DNA of 58,664 nt, taken from NCBI GenBank assembly GCA_902573085.1, contig CACGHY010000004.1, positions 1-58,664 on the forward strand. The letters run 5' to 3'. The translations under genes were made by a program, and so were the position numbers. The notes under the pieces were generated by a model. The model did not search any database, was not told where the DNA came from, and saw only the letters and a program-made list of their open reading frames with translations. The stretch's first letter is position 1; each line of letters opens with the position of its first letter. This DNA comes from an uncultured Candidatus Poseidoniales archaeon (GTDB lineage: Archaea; Thermoplasmatota; Poseidoniia; Poseidoniales; Thalassarchaeaceae). This document shows, piece by piece, positions 49,837-58,664 of the stretch.

Positions 49837-52800
49837 GCGCTCGAGATGCAGCAAAGATACCAAAGAGGATAGACTCGATTAGATTCACACTGATGGATCC
49901 AAATGAGATTAGGAAAATGTCATCTGTTGAAGTGAAAACAGCTGACACCTACAAGGACGATGGTCATGCCTTCAAACAAGGGCTTATGGACCCGAAGATG
50001 GGAGTAATTGATCCCGGCATTAGGTGTGAAACCTGCGGGAACAAACACGAAGAGTGCCCAAGCCACTTCGGTCACATAGCTCTTGAATTGCCTGTAATGC
50101 ACATAGGATTCACTGGGTTGATCAAGACGTGCCTTAAGACAACCTGCAACTCATGCAGCAAGGCTTTGCTGCACGATGCTCCCCAAACGCACCCTATTGA
50201 TCCAGAGAAGTCCGAGCAGGATTACTACAGAGACAGGGTGAACGACATCATTCTAAAGCATGGAGTTGGTGGAAGGGAATTTAAGAAAATAATCAAGGAT
50301 ATTGAGAATATTTGCGCTGGCCCGAAGCGTGCAATATGCATGCATTGTGGTGCAGAGCAGGGCAAGATAATTCTGGATAAGCCCACGACTTTCAAAGAAA
50401 AGAAGGCAGATAAGGGTGAGCACAAACTAAACGCTCGGGACATCCGCGAATGGCTCGAAAAGATACCCGATGAGCACCTAATTTTCCTCGGGATGGAGAG
50501 AGACGTTAGTAGGCCAGAATGGACAATCATGAAGGTACTTCCAGTCCCCCCGATTACAGTAAGGCCATCTATTACACTGGAAAGTGGAGATAGATCAGAG
50601 GATGACCTCACGCACAAGTTAGTCGACGTTCTAAGGATTAACCAGAGGCTGCGGGAAAACCGCGATTCGGGAGCTCCGCAACTAATCGTTGAAGATCTCT
50701 GGGAACTGTTACAATATCATTGCACGACATATTTCGATAATCAGACCAGTGGCATTCCGCCAGCTCGACACAGATCTGGAAGGCCACTGAAGACCCTATC
50801 TCAGAGACTAAAGGGGAAGGAGGGTCGCTTCAGGAGCAATTTGTCCGGTAAGAGAGTTAACTTCTGTGCTAGAACAGTTATCAGCCCGGACCCAAATCTT
50901 GGAATCAATGAAGTGGGAGTCCCTGTGAAGACGGCCAAAGAACTTACAGTACCTATCAGAGCTACAAGTAGAAACAGGGAGCAACTCAGACAGATGATCC
51001 TAAGGGGCCCGGATGTTCATCCCGGGGTTAACTACATTATCAGAGGAGATAGGTTTAGGGTTAGGATTACAGATAGAACGAAGTATATCTGGGCAGGATT
51101 TAGGTGCCTGAATCCAGATTGTCATTGTGGTAGTGAAGAGGAGCCCTACATGGGTTATAGGCCTGATTTGAATGAGGTCCTTCCAGCTCCAAACTTCCTT
51201 CCAGGACTTGTTTTGAAGGAGCAAATGAGAAGGGACCCAATGACCGACGAGCTTCTCCCAGAGTGGAGCGTAGATTTGGATAAGACCCTATCAAACTTAA
51301 GGGGAGAGGGAGGAGATGGAAAACCCCTGGCCGAAAACAATCCAGATGCGGCAATACATCACCGCTGGAAGTGGGAAGTAGAAAATCCGGACGAGTACCT
51401 CCCCGATTATCTCGAGGTCAAGTGCCCACACTGCGGAAGCCCAGATATCGAGGACGAACACGGAAACCTCTACCCTACAGAAGTAGAGGACCGACTGAGC
51501 ACATACGATAGAGACGGCAACCCAAAGCCAGGGGTTGTTGTAGAGAGGCACCTTATTGACGGTGATGTAACTATTTTCAATCGACAACCATCACTCCACA
51601 GGATGTCGATGCTAGTTCACGAAATAAGAGTCATGGATGGCAAGACATTCAGGTTCAACCTTGCTGACTGCACTCCCTACAATGCAGACTTTGACGGAGA
51701 CGAAATGAACCTACACGTTATTCAGAGTGAGGAAGCCAGAGCCGAGGCCAGAATACTCATGAGGGTCCAGGAGCACATCATATCTCCCAGATATGGGGGC
51801 AGCGTCATTGGTGGGATACATGATCACATCACAGGTGCTTACCTTCTGACGCACGGCGAGGCCTTCCTTCCAATGCCAGTCGCAATGGATGTCCTCAGCT
51901 CTATTGGATGGGAAGGCGAAATACCTCCATCAGTAGAGAGAGATGGACAGGTCGGATTGTTGGGCAACGATGTGTTCAGCCTTCTTGTGAAGGGGGGCTT
52001 CACTCTGAACTTCAAAAATCGAGCGGGAGAAGAAGTTCAGGTATCCCAAGGAGATGTCTCTGGTTCTATCGACAAAAGAGGAATTGGAGCGGAAGATGGT
52101 CGACTTCTAGATGCCGTAGTACAGACCCATGGAACTGATAGGGGGGCTGACTTCATCAATAAGATGACAAAGATGACAATAGCCATCTGTACAGCAATGG
52201 GATTCACCACCGGAATTGATGATGAAGACCTACCTCCCGAGGCTAAGGAAGAGATCGTTAGAATCAACTCTGAGGCTAGTGCTAGTGTTGACTCCGAACT
52301 GGAAAAGTTCGGGAAGGACGGAAGGAAGTATGAGGCTAGACCAGGCAGAACACCGCATGAAACTCTCGAGGAGAACATATTGACAATCTTAGACGCTGCG
52401 AAGGCGGAAACTGGAAACGTCGCTAAGGCACAACTCGGGGATGACAATTCAGCCGTCCTCATGGCGACCTCTGGAGCAAGGGGTTCAATGGACAATCTAG
52501 CAATGATGGCCGGATCCATCGGCCAGCCTAAAGTCAGAGGTAAGCGCCTTGAGAGGGGCTATCAAGACAGAGTCCTTTCTCACTTCCCTAGGAAGGTTAA
52601 GGGATCAAAAGAGAAGGGTTTCGTGTCTTCTTCTTTCAAGCGAGGCCTCGAACCAACAGAATTCTTCATGCTTTCTGTTTCTGGTAGAGAATCACTGGTC
52701 GATACCGCAGTCAGAACGAGTAAGTCAGGTTACATGCAGAGAAGGCTGATTAATGCCATGGACGATCTCAAGGTCTCCAATGATGCAAAGGCCTCCGTGA

Positions 52801-52928
52801 GAAACACCGCGAACCGCATTATCCAGTTCGAGTATGGAGAGGATGGGACCGATCCCGCTAGAAGCAGAAAGGGAAGTCCATTCGATGTCGATCAGGTCCT
52901 CAACGATGCCCTAGGGGGTGCTAACTGA
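49833..52928 (+). CDS. rpoA1: RNA polymerase subunit Rpo1N (A')
   Basis: CETC...[59 protein letters not shown]. Confidence 0.98.
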   Translation: MSARDAAKIPKRIDSIRFTLMDPNEIRKMSSVEVKTADTYKDDGHAFKQGLMDPKMGVIDPGIRCETCGNKHEECPSHFGHIALELPVMHIGFTGLIKTCLKTTCNSCSKALLHDAPQTHPIDPEKSEQDYYRDRVNDIILKHGVGGREFKKIIKDIENICAGPKRAICMHCGAEQGKIILDKPTTFKEKKADKGEHKLNARDIREWLEKIPDEHLIFLGMERDVSRPEWTIMKVLPVPPITVRPSITLESGDRSEDDLTHKLVDVLRINQRLRENRDSGAPQLIVEDLWELLQYHCTTYFDNQTSGIPPARHRSGRPLKTLSQRLKGKEGRFRSNLSGKRVNFCARTVISPDPNLGINEVGVPVKTAKELTVPIRATSRNREQLRQMILRGPDVHPGVNYIIRGDRFRVRITDRTKYIWAGFRCLNPDCHCGSEEEPYMGYRPDLNEVLPAPNFLPGLVLKEQMRRDPMTDELLPEWSVDLDKTLSNLRGEGGDGKPLAENNPDAAIHHRWKWEVENPDEYLPDYLEVKCPHCGSPDIEDEHGNLYPTEVEDRLSTYDRDGNPKPGVVVERHLIDGDVTIFNRQPSLHRMSMLVHEIRVMDGKTFRFNLADCTPYNADFDGDEMNLHVIQSEEARAEARILMRVQEHIISPRYGGSVIGGIHDHITGAYLLTHGEAFLPMPVAMDVLSSIGWEGEIPPSVERDGQVGLLGNDVFSLLVKGGFTLNFKNRAGEEVQVSQGDVSGSIDKRGIGAEDGRLLDAVVQTHGTDRGADFINKMTKMTIAICTAMGFTTGIDDEDLPPEAKEEIVRINSEASASVDSELEKFGKDGRKYEARPGRTPHETLEENILTILDAAKAETGNVAKAQLGDDNSAVLMATSGARGSMDNLAMMAGSIGQPKVRGKRLERGYQDRVLSHFPRKVKGSKEKGFVSSSFKRGLEPTEFFMLSVSGRESLVDTAVRTSKSGYMQRRLINAMDDLKVSNDAKASVRNTANRIIQFEYGEDGTDPARSRKGSPFDVDQVLNDALGGAN

Positions 52929-54508
52929 TGGTAGTTAAGAGTGCAACAAAAAAGAAGTTAATGGATCTTGGAATAGAAGAAGAGTATGCTCACAAGTTAG
53001 CGGATGATCGAAAATGGGATGATGTCAAGGGACTCTCTCCTGGCCAAATCGCCCAGATATGCGGAATCGACTCTGGAACCTCTCAGAGGATCCATGATGT
53101 TATGGCCAGCTCAGTAAAGTCAAGCAGAGCCTCTGCAGCGAGTACCGAGAAGACCATTGTTCGCAGAAGAACAGTCTCAAGAGCTAGAAGGACAAAGCGG
53201 TCACTACCCCTGCAGGACTACGACTATGGGACCAAAATGAAGCAACTCTTCCGTGATGTTGATAGCGATGACGAGTTGTTTATCCAACTGGACAAGGCTG
53301 CTAAGGAAAACGACTCAAACCTGACTCCAAGGATGTTAGACCAACTCGTCCAGGGTTTGCATAGCAGGGGCGAGAAGAAGGTCACACCAGCCAAGGCCAA
53401 GAAAATAATTGAATCTGCAACCAACTTCTACAATGACGCAAAAGCGGTTCCTCATGAGGCAGTAGGAATTACAACCGCCCAGTCCATTGGCGAACCCGGT
53501 ACACAGATGACGATGCGGACATTCCACTATGCAGGTGTGGCTACAGTCAACGTTACCCAAGGTCTACCAAGGATAATCGAGATTGTCGATGCCAGGAAGG
53601 TGCCTCAAACGCCAACCATGATAATTTACATGGACGAGAAAAACTCCAAGGGAAAACCACTGAGGACAAACGAAAAACTAGTACGAGACTTAGCCGCTTC
53701 CATAGAGACAACCACCGCTATAGACATAGCAACTATAGACGTCGATGTAGCTCAGAGGAACATATTACTCCAGCTCAACAACAAAAACATGAAGCTGAAG
53801 AAAATGACGGGGGCTGAGGTAAGGGACAAGCTTTCACGTGCTCTGAGGCTCTACGTTCAAGCTGATGATGATGATCGTCCAAAGTCTCTTAGGATTATTC
53901 CTGGCATATCTAAAGAAGAAGATCTTGCGTCTCTTGCAGCCGACCCCCCTACTTACACCGCTCTTCTGCAACTCGAAGACAAAATCAAGAAATTACGATT
54001 GAAAGGCCTTCCAGGAATCAGCAGAGCAACGGTCCAAGGCCCGATGTCTGAAACAGGTGAATATTACATATCGACAATCGGCTCAAACCTCTCAAAGGTC
54101 AGTGAGTTCGACGGGGTTGACCGATCGAGGACGTACACGAACAATATCAATGAGATACATGACTACCTAGGTATAGAAGCAGCTAGACAAGCTATAATTA
54201 ACGAAATGTGGGATACTCTTGAGGGCGCGGGTCTTGATGTTGACGTCAGACATCTGATTATGGTCTCAGATGTGATGACTACTGGTGGAGAGGTTAGGGC
54301 GATCGGACGTCACGGTGTAAGCGGAACAAAGCACTCCATCCTTGCTCGTTCCGCTTTCGAGGTTACAGTTACCCATCTACTGAAGGCCGGAGTAATTGGC
54401 GAAAGAGACAATCTATCTGGAGTCACTGAGAACATCATCGTAGGTCAACCAGTTTCACTAGGAACGGGCAGTGTCGAACTATTCTACATACCCGAGGAAA
54501 ACAACTGA
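52928..54508 (+). CDS. rpoA2: RNA polymerase subunit Rpo1C (A'') with N-terminal extension
   Basis: [56 protein letters not shown]. Confidence 0.97.
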   Translation: MVVKSATKKKLMDLGIEEEYAHKLADDRKWDDVKGLSPGQIAQICGIDSGTSQRIHDVMASSVKSSRASAASTEKTIVRRRTVSRARRTKRSLPLQDYDYGTKMKQLFRDVDSDDELFIQLDKAAKENDSNLTPRMLDQLVQGLHSRGEKKVTPAKAKKIIESATNFYNDAKAVPHEAVGITTAQSIGEPGTQMTMRTFHYAGVATVNVTQGLPRIIEIVDARKVPQTPTMIIYMDEKNSKGKPLRTNEKLVRDLAASIETTTAIDIATIDVDVAQRNILLQLNNKNMKLKKMTGAEVRDKLSRALRLYVQADDDDRPKSLRIIPGISKEEDLASLAADPPTYTALLQLEDKIKKLRLKGLPGISRATVQGPMSETGEYYISTIGSNLSKVSEFDGVDRSRTYTNNINEIHDYLGIEAARQAIINEMWDTLEGAGLDVDVRHLIMVSDVMTTGGEVRAIGRHGVSGTKHSILARSAFEVTVTHLLKAGVIGERDNLSGVTENIIVGQPVSLGTGSVELFYIPEENN

Positions 54509-54517
54509 GGTGTTAAG

Positions 54518-54814
54518 GTGGACATTGCAAGGCAACTGAAGCAAGGAATTAGCTCCGGAGAATTGGTATTCGGACAAAGACAGACAGTTTCACGTTGCAT
54601 CAAAGGAGGTGCGAAATTGGTATTGGTCGCATCTAATTGCCCCGAGTCGTTTATAGATAATTTGAGGAATTCACATCCCTCAGTACCAATTCACCAAGTT
54701 ACCCTGGTAAACAGCCAGCTTGGAGCTGCATGTGGTAAGCCATTTCCCGTCAGTTCTCTTTGCATAATCGATCCAGGACAAAGCGATCTAATGCAACTAG
54801 CTCCGAACGTCTGA
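54518..54814 (+). CDS. rpl30e: 50S ribosomal protein L30e
   Basis: G.LVFG, AKLVLVASNCP, LGAACGKPFPVS..IIDPG.S; canonical position after rpoA2. Confidence 0.94.
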   Translation: MDIARQLKQGISSGELVFGQRQTVSRCIKGGAKLVLVASNCPESFIDNLRNSHPSVPIHQVTLVNSQLGAACGKPFPVSSLCIIDPGQSDLMQLAPNV

Positions 54815-54871
54815 GTCATAAATCAAGGTCTTGGCCTAATATATTGGCGTTCCATTGAAAGACGTAGCCAT

Positions 54872-55822
54872 GTGCCTAGACCCATGGAGGTCTTATTTCG
54901 AGAGCTACTTAGTATAAGGTCAATTGACTTCGACTCATCAAATATAGAGATCCCTCAGTCTCCATTCAAACCAATCGGTCAAGCAAAAGCTGTCCCCGAC
55001 TTCGGTATTGTTTCTGGAAAGACCTTCATCTGGCATGCTCCTCCTGAAATTCTACCAATTACCAGAAGCGAACTAGACAGATTCGAGATGGATGCCCCCG
55101 ATGGTTTTCACCTAATCCTTAGTGAGCGACCAACTCATTCTGATTGTGATCCGATTGATAGAACAAAATTTCAGATTGTCACCCCAAAACAGATTTCACA
55201 GTGGATAGGAAGCGCAATACTTTCCGGGGAGCTTCGTGCCTCGGCTGTTCCGAAAGACTCGGATGATGCAGAATCTAGTGTTTACCCGACTTATTCCAAT
55301 GAAGGAGAGATTAATGTTCTAAGTTCGAAGATTGACATAAACACTTGGAGCGCTAGCAGGGGCATTGAGGGTTTCTCATCATCACCAATGTTACTAGAGG
55401 CTCGATTATGGAGGGTATCAGGCGATCTGCACGGACCTAGTGGCAGTAGTGAAAAGGGTGAATGGACAATACTTGAGGACCCCTGGTCCCAGAGGCTCAG
55501 TGTCATTTTGGAGTCAGAAACTATGCTTAAATCCCCGCAAATCAGGTCAATAGCTCCTCCAAATGAGAATTGGCTCAGCGAAGACAGCCTTAAAATCAAA
55601 ATCTCCAAGATAGTTGAGGAGAGGAGAAGGGGAGACTCTGGTGAGATGAGCCTCTCTGGCACTGTTAGGAGCATGCTACTAGAAAAGTGGGTTTTGGATG
55701 TACAAATGGCATTGATCGAGCATTACAGAATATTCATCCCCGGCTGGTTGATAAATCTCGAATCAGACAAAATCCTGCATGGAAGAAACGGCCGTTTGTA
55801 TGATTCAGTTTCTCTGAAGTAA
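54872..55822 (+). CDS. Hypothetical protein
   Basis: 316-aa open frame filling the gap; no motif recognised. Confidence 0.6.
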   Translation: MPRPMEVLFRELLSIRSIDFDSSNIEIPQSPFKPIGQAKAVPDFGIVSGKTFIWHAPPEILPITRSELDRFEMDAPDGFHLILSERPTHSDCDPIDRTKFQIVTPKQISQWIGSAILSGELRASAVPKDSDDAESSVYPTYSNEGEINVLSSKIDINTWSASRGIEGFSSSPMLLEARLWRVSGDLHGPSGSSEKGEWTILEDPWSQRLSVILESETMLKSPQIRSIAPPNENWLSEDSLKIKISKIVEERRRGDSGEMSLSGTVRSMLLEKWVLDVQMALIEHYRIFIPGWLINLESDKILHGRNGRLYDSVSLK

Positions 55823-56701
55823 CATCATGTCCTCATCAGAGAGCGTGTCGCCACTCATTAGTCTGGACATTAAGTCGGAAACCTCCACTCTCTCCTCTTC
55901 GTGGTCTTTCTTGGAACCAGATAGCTTCAAAATGTCCTGCATAGAATGTATGCACCTTAGGGAAATGATATATTTGTTATGTAACTCATCAGCATCAGAC
56001 TTGGTTGAAGTTAGGCCCAAGTGTTCAGAATTTGCCATTCCTCTCAGCCTGTCAACCTCATTTGATAATTCCATCATTAGTGAATGGGCTTCTTCGGATT
56101 TCTCTGATGCATCAGTGACTGCATCATGAGCTTTTTGCTGCCTCTTTTCCGCCTGTCTAACTTCTTTCAAAACACTTGAGCTACTAGTTTCTTCTTCTTT
56201 TCTGAGCCTTTTGAAATCTGCCTGAAGCCTCTTCATCTTTGCAAAAAAGTCCTTCTCTTTACTCGGGCTAATTTGGCCAGTTGTATGTCGCCACTCAAGC
56301 TTGTTCATCTGTTCTCTAATACTCCGAGAACTCGGCCCACTCCTCTTCTTTCCCGACTCTCTACCGTTCTGCTCTACAGAACTCCTTAGTTTCGACCTAA
56401 TATCCTTCAACTCTTTAGTTCTCTCGAGTCTTATTTTCCTCAATTCAGCAACCTTGCTGTTAGCCTCATTTCTTAGGCTCTTCTGCTTTTGAACTTCGGT
56501 GATTAATTGCTTTACCTGGAGGTTAATTTCGTTCCTTTTGTCCAACTGACTTCTTACTTTGACGTTCAACTCATCACGACGATCTTTGTATTCAGCAAGC
56601 TTCTTACTGACCAGTTTCGAATTCTGTTCAAAAACAGATGAGATATTCGACTGATTCAGTTCCAAAGTTAACCCTCTGGCACATCGAATTTGGAGTTCCA
56701 T
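55805..56701 (-). CDS. Archaeal coiled-coil protein (COG1340-like)
   Basis: RDELN...KRNEIN...RNEAN heptad repeats, LEWRHTT, ADELH, C-terminal GDTLSDEDMMLLQ. Confidence 0.75.
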   Translation of the reverse strand: MELQIRCARGLTLELNQSNISSVFEQNSKLVSKKLAEYKDRRDELNVKVRSQLDKRNEINLQVKQLITEVQKQKSLRNEANSKVAELRKIRLERTKELKDIRSKLRSSVEQNGRESGKKRSGPSSRSIREQMNKLEWRHTTGQISPSKEKDFFAKMKRLQADFKRLRKEEETSSSSVLKEVRQAEKRQQKAHDAVTDASEKSEEAHSLMMELSNEVDRLRGMANSEHLGLTSTKSDADELHNKYIISLRCIHSMQDILKLSGSKKDHEEERVEVSDLMSRLMSGDTLSDEDMMLLQRN

Positions 56702-56726
56702 TTAAGCCATACCGAGTATTTACCTT

Positions 56727-57686
56727 CTAGTCCCTACGACTCGCAAGCTTTCCTTTCCTTCCTCCTCTCCTAGAAATACCAAGTTTTCTAGCCTTCTTTT
56801 TTGGTATCTGGTTCTGTTTTGTTGCCTTTTTTAGTGGAGCTTTGGAGTCGTTGATCGACGAAAAGCCGCCAGTCTCTAGTATCAGCCCTAACTCTGCAGA
56901 GCTGAGAGAACCACCCGTTGCGGCAATTCCGCGAATATCATCTATGCTGTAGGAACCCCTTAAGTCAGATACTCTCGAGTATTTCTGGAGTTTTTTTAGA
57001 AGATTTCTTTCGCTATTTGATTCTATTTTGAGGGCCTCAATTCTCTTATCAATGGACGAAATACTATTACTCAGCTTACGTATGTCTTTCCTGCTGATCT
57101 TGTCCCCTTCAATTTCACTACTTTCCATTAGCTCAGTTTTCACCTTACCAATTTCTTCTTTGTTTTGATCTAGTTTGTTTGAGATGATCCTCATCTCACT
57201 TAATTTGGCAATATATCTTGAATGAGCCTTCTCCGCCTCCTTCTTCTTCTTGATCGAAGCCTGGATCTCGAAGAATCTGCTAAATGCCGATAGTTCCGGA
57301 TTTAGCATTGGTACTGTGGTCAGGTCATTGTCTATTCGCGTTAATGTGAGGTAGGTCTCACCAAGCCACTCCTCCAGAATTTTAGAAGGAGGAGGTACTC
57401 TTTTGTTAATTTCATCCCTTTTATCTCTTTGAATCTTGGCTTGTTTCCTTAGAGAATGAAACTCCCCCAGCAGCTTCTTTCGGCCAGTCCCTGAGCGTTC
57501 TATTCCAAAAACTGCAGATCTTAGCGCCTTTACAATCTGTACTTGCTCTTTCCTTTCCGCTTGTAGATCTTTTTTCTCTGAATCCAATGACCTCAATATT
57601 CTCTTCTTTTCAGAGACCATCGCCTTCATTTCATCTTTAGATAAGTCCTTGAAATTGGGTTGGAAATCCTTTGGGGGATCATTCAT
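56727..57686 (-). CDS. Coiled-coil protein (COG1340-like paralog)
   Basis: KRDEIN, AEKAH, GGSLSSAEL motif, basic C-terminal tail. Confidence 0.65.
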   Translation of the reverse strand: MNDPPKDFQPNFKDLSKDEMKAMVSEKKRILRSLDSEKKDLQAERKEQVQIVKALRSAVFGIERSGTGRKKLLGEFHSLRKQAKIQRDKRDEINKRVPPPSKILEEWLGETYLTLTRIDNDLTTVPMLNPELSAFSRFFEIQASIKKKKEAEKAHSRYIAKLSEMRIISNKLDQNKEEIGKVKTELMESSEIEGDKISRKDIRKLSNSISSIDKRIEALKIESNSERNLLKKLQKYSRVSDLRGSYSIDDIRGIAATGGSLSSAELGLILETGGFSSINDSKAPLKKATKQNQIPKKKARKLGISRRGGRKGKLASRRD

Positions 57687-58510
57687 TCCTCTTCACCTCT
57701 AGCATTCTTATCTTTCAATTTTCTAGAACTTTTGGCAAAAGATGAATTGCCCCCCTCATCAACGTTTTTTTGCCCGCTGAGGAGATCTCTAAAACCAACT
57801 CCCAAATCTCCAAATCCATTTTCTATCCTCTTCTCCCAATAGCTAATCGCTTTATCGCTCTGTGCAAGCAACTCCCTCGCTCGATCCAATTGGCTCCTAA
57901 TTTCTTTAATCTCTTCTGAGGCAATGGTCAACTTCTCATAGATCGGTTGTGCCTTTGAAACTGCTTCTATCATCGAAGAATGTAACTTATCCGCTTTCTT
58001 GAAAAGTTTAGACATCTCCTTACTCTTTTGCAGATAATCTGTCATTTCCGGGTTAGAAGCCTTCCTATCCCTAATCCATTTGTCATTCTCGGAAATTAAA
58101 GCTCTTCTCTTTTCTATTAGTTTCCTTTCGGACACGTGGTCCAACGCTGATGTCTGGATGTTTATCTCAATCTCTTCTAATTGCTCCAGTAATTTCATTT
58201 TCTTCCATTTAGGGTCAAGATTGATCATTCCTCCGGATTCATCTAGCTTTGTCCTAATACGTTTCACTTCCGGGATTAAGGATCGGGCTCTGGTCTGAAA
58301 TTGGTCTCTCTCGGCTTTTAATTTGGCAACCTTGTCATTGGCTTCATCGAAGGATTTCTTCAACCTATCTAACTTTGGAGATATACTATCTTCTTCCGCC
58401 TCAAGATTCCTAATTACTCCCGGTAGGCTATCCTTGAGCAGTATTCTCCTTTTTAGTAGAGCAGATGAAAGCTCATCCGGAGTCACATTCATCAGTTCAT
58501 TGGTGTCCAT
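57683..58510 (-). CDS. Coiled-coil protein (COG1340-like paralog)
   Basis: ANDKVAKLKAERD, IQTSALD...ERKLIE, ADKLH. Confidence 0.7.
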   Translation of the reverse strand: MDTNELMNVTPDELSSALLKRRILLKDSLPGVIRNLEAEEDSISPKLDRLKKSFDEANDKVAKLKAERDQFQTRARSLIPEVKRIRTKLDESGGMINLDPKWKKMKLLEQLEEIEINIQTSALDHVSERKLIEKRRALISENDKWIRDRKASNPEMTDYLQKSKEMSKLFKKADKLHSSMIEAVSKAQPIYEKLTIASEEIKEIRSQLDRARELLAQSDKAISYWEKRIENGFGDLGVGFRDLLSGQKNVDEGGNSSFAKSSRKLKDKNARGEEE

Positions 58511-58615
58511 TTCTGATTGAATCGAGTAAATGCCCCCATTATAGCACTATGCAGAGTGTTTTTTTGCGTTTGATTCATACGATGCCTATTCGAGCCGTCA
58601 TACATGAAGGTGACA

Positions 58616-58664
58616 ATGAGGCACTCAATCCTCATTTCTGTTATGGCAATTATTCTTCAAATTC
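58616..58664 (+). CDS. Probable start of an exported protein (runs off the window edge)
   Basis: AGGTGA SD-like motif, then MRHSILISVMAIILQI, which resembles a signal peptide. Confidence 0.4.
   Translation, partial: MRHSILISVMAIILQI

Noticed and set aside
51081-51525. Possible intein in Rpo1N
   Set aside because: No intein splice-junction residues or homing endonuclease motifs; treated as a domain insertion.

Overview
Archaeal chromosomal segment, most likely Marine Group II Euryarchaeota (Ca. Poseidoniales). This assignment is inferred from the archaeal RNA polymerase operon with unsplit Rpo2, a 23S-5S rRNA unit lacking 16S, the giant membrane-anchored S8 protease and overall gene content. 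Most of the window is core machinery: dnaJ, arcS, rps15, gltX, rnhB, pheT, gap, adk, two RNase P proteins, eIF6, tRNA-Lys, rpo5-rpo2-rpo1N-rpo1C-rpl30e and a propionyl/methylmalonyl-CoA cluster. I found no CRISPR array or mobile element. The best candidate for an undescribed system is a five-gene minus-strand operon (35148-40953) that looks like a cytochrome b6f-type complex. It has a split cytochrome b carrying the heme-ci cysteine motif (YCLGG), a Tat-exported Rieske protein, and a subunit IV fused to a cytoplasmic 2x[4Fe-4S] + 2xCCG (HdrD/GlpC-like) module. In place of cytochrome c1 there is a membrane-anchored Reeler-like protein with a CxCH motif laid out like cytochrome f. Other notable items: one paralogous N-terminal domain grafted onto both Rpo5 and Rpo1C, a Cys-rich insertion in Rpo1N, a PrmC-BirA fusion, a catalytically dead RecJ-like protein, a canonical bulge-helix-bulge stem around the 23S gene, and two genes broken by a +1 G in poly-G tracts. 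All family assignments come from motif recognition, not database searches.
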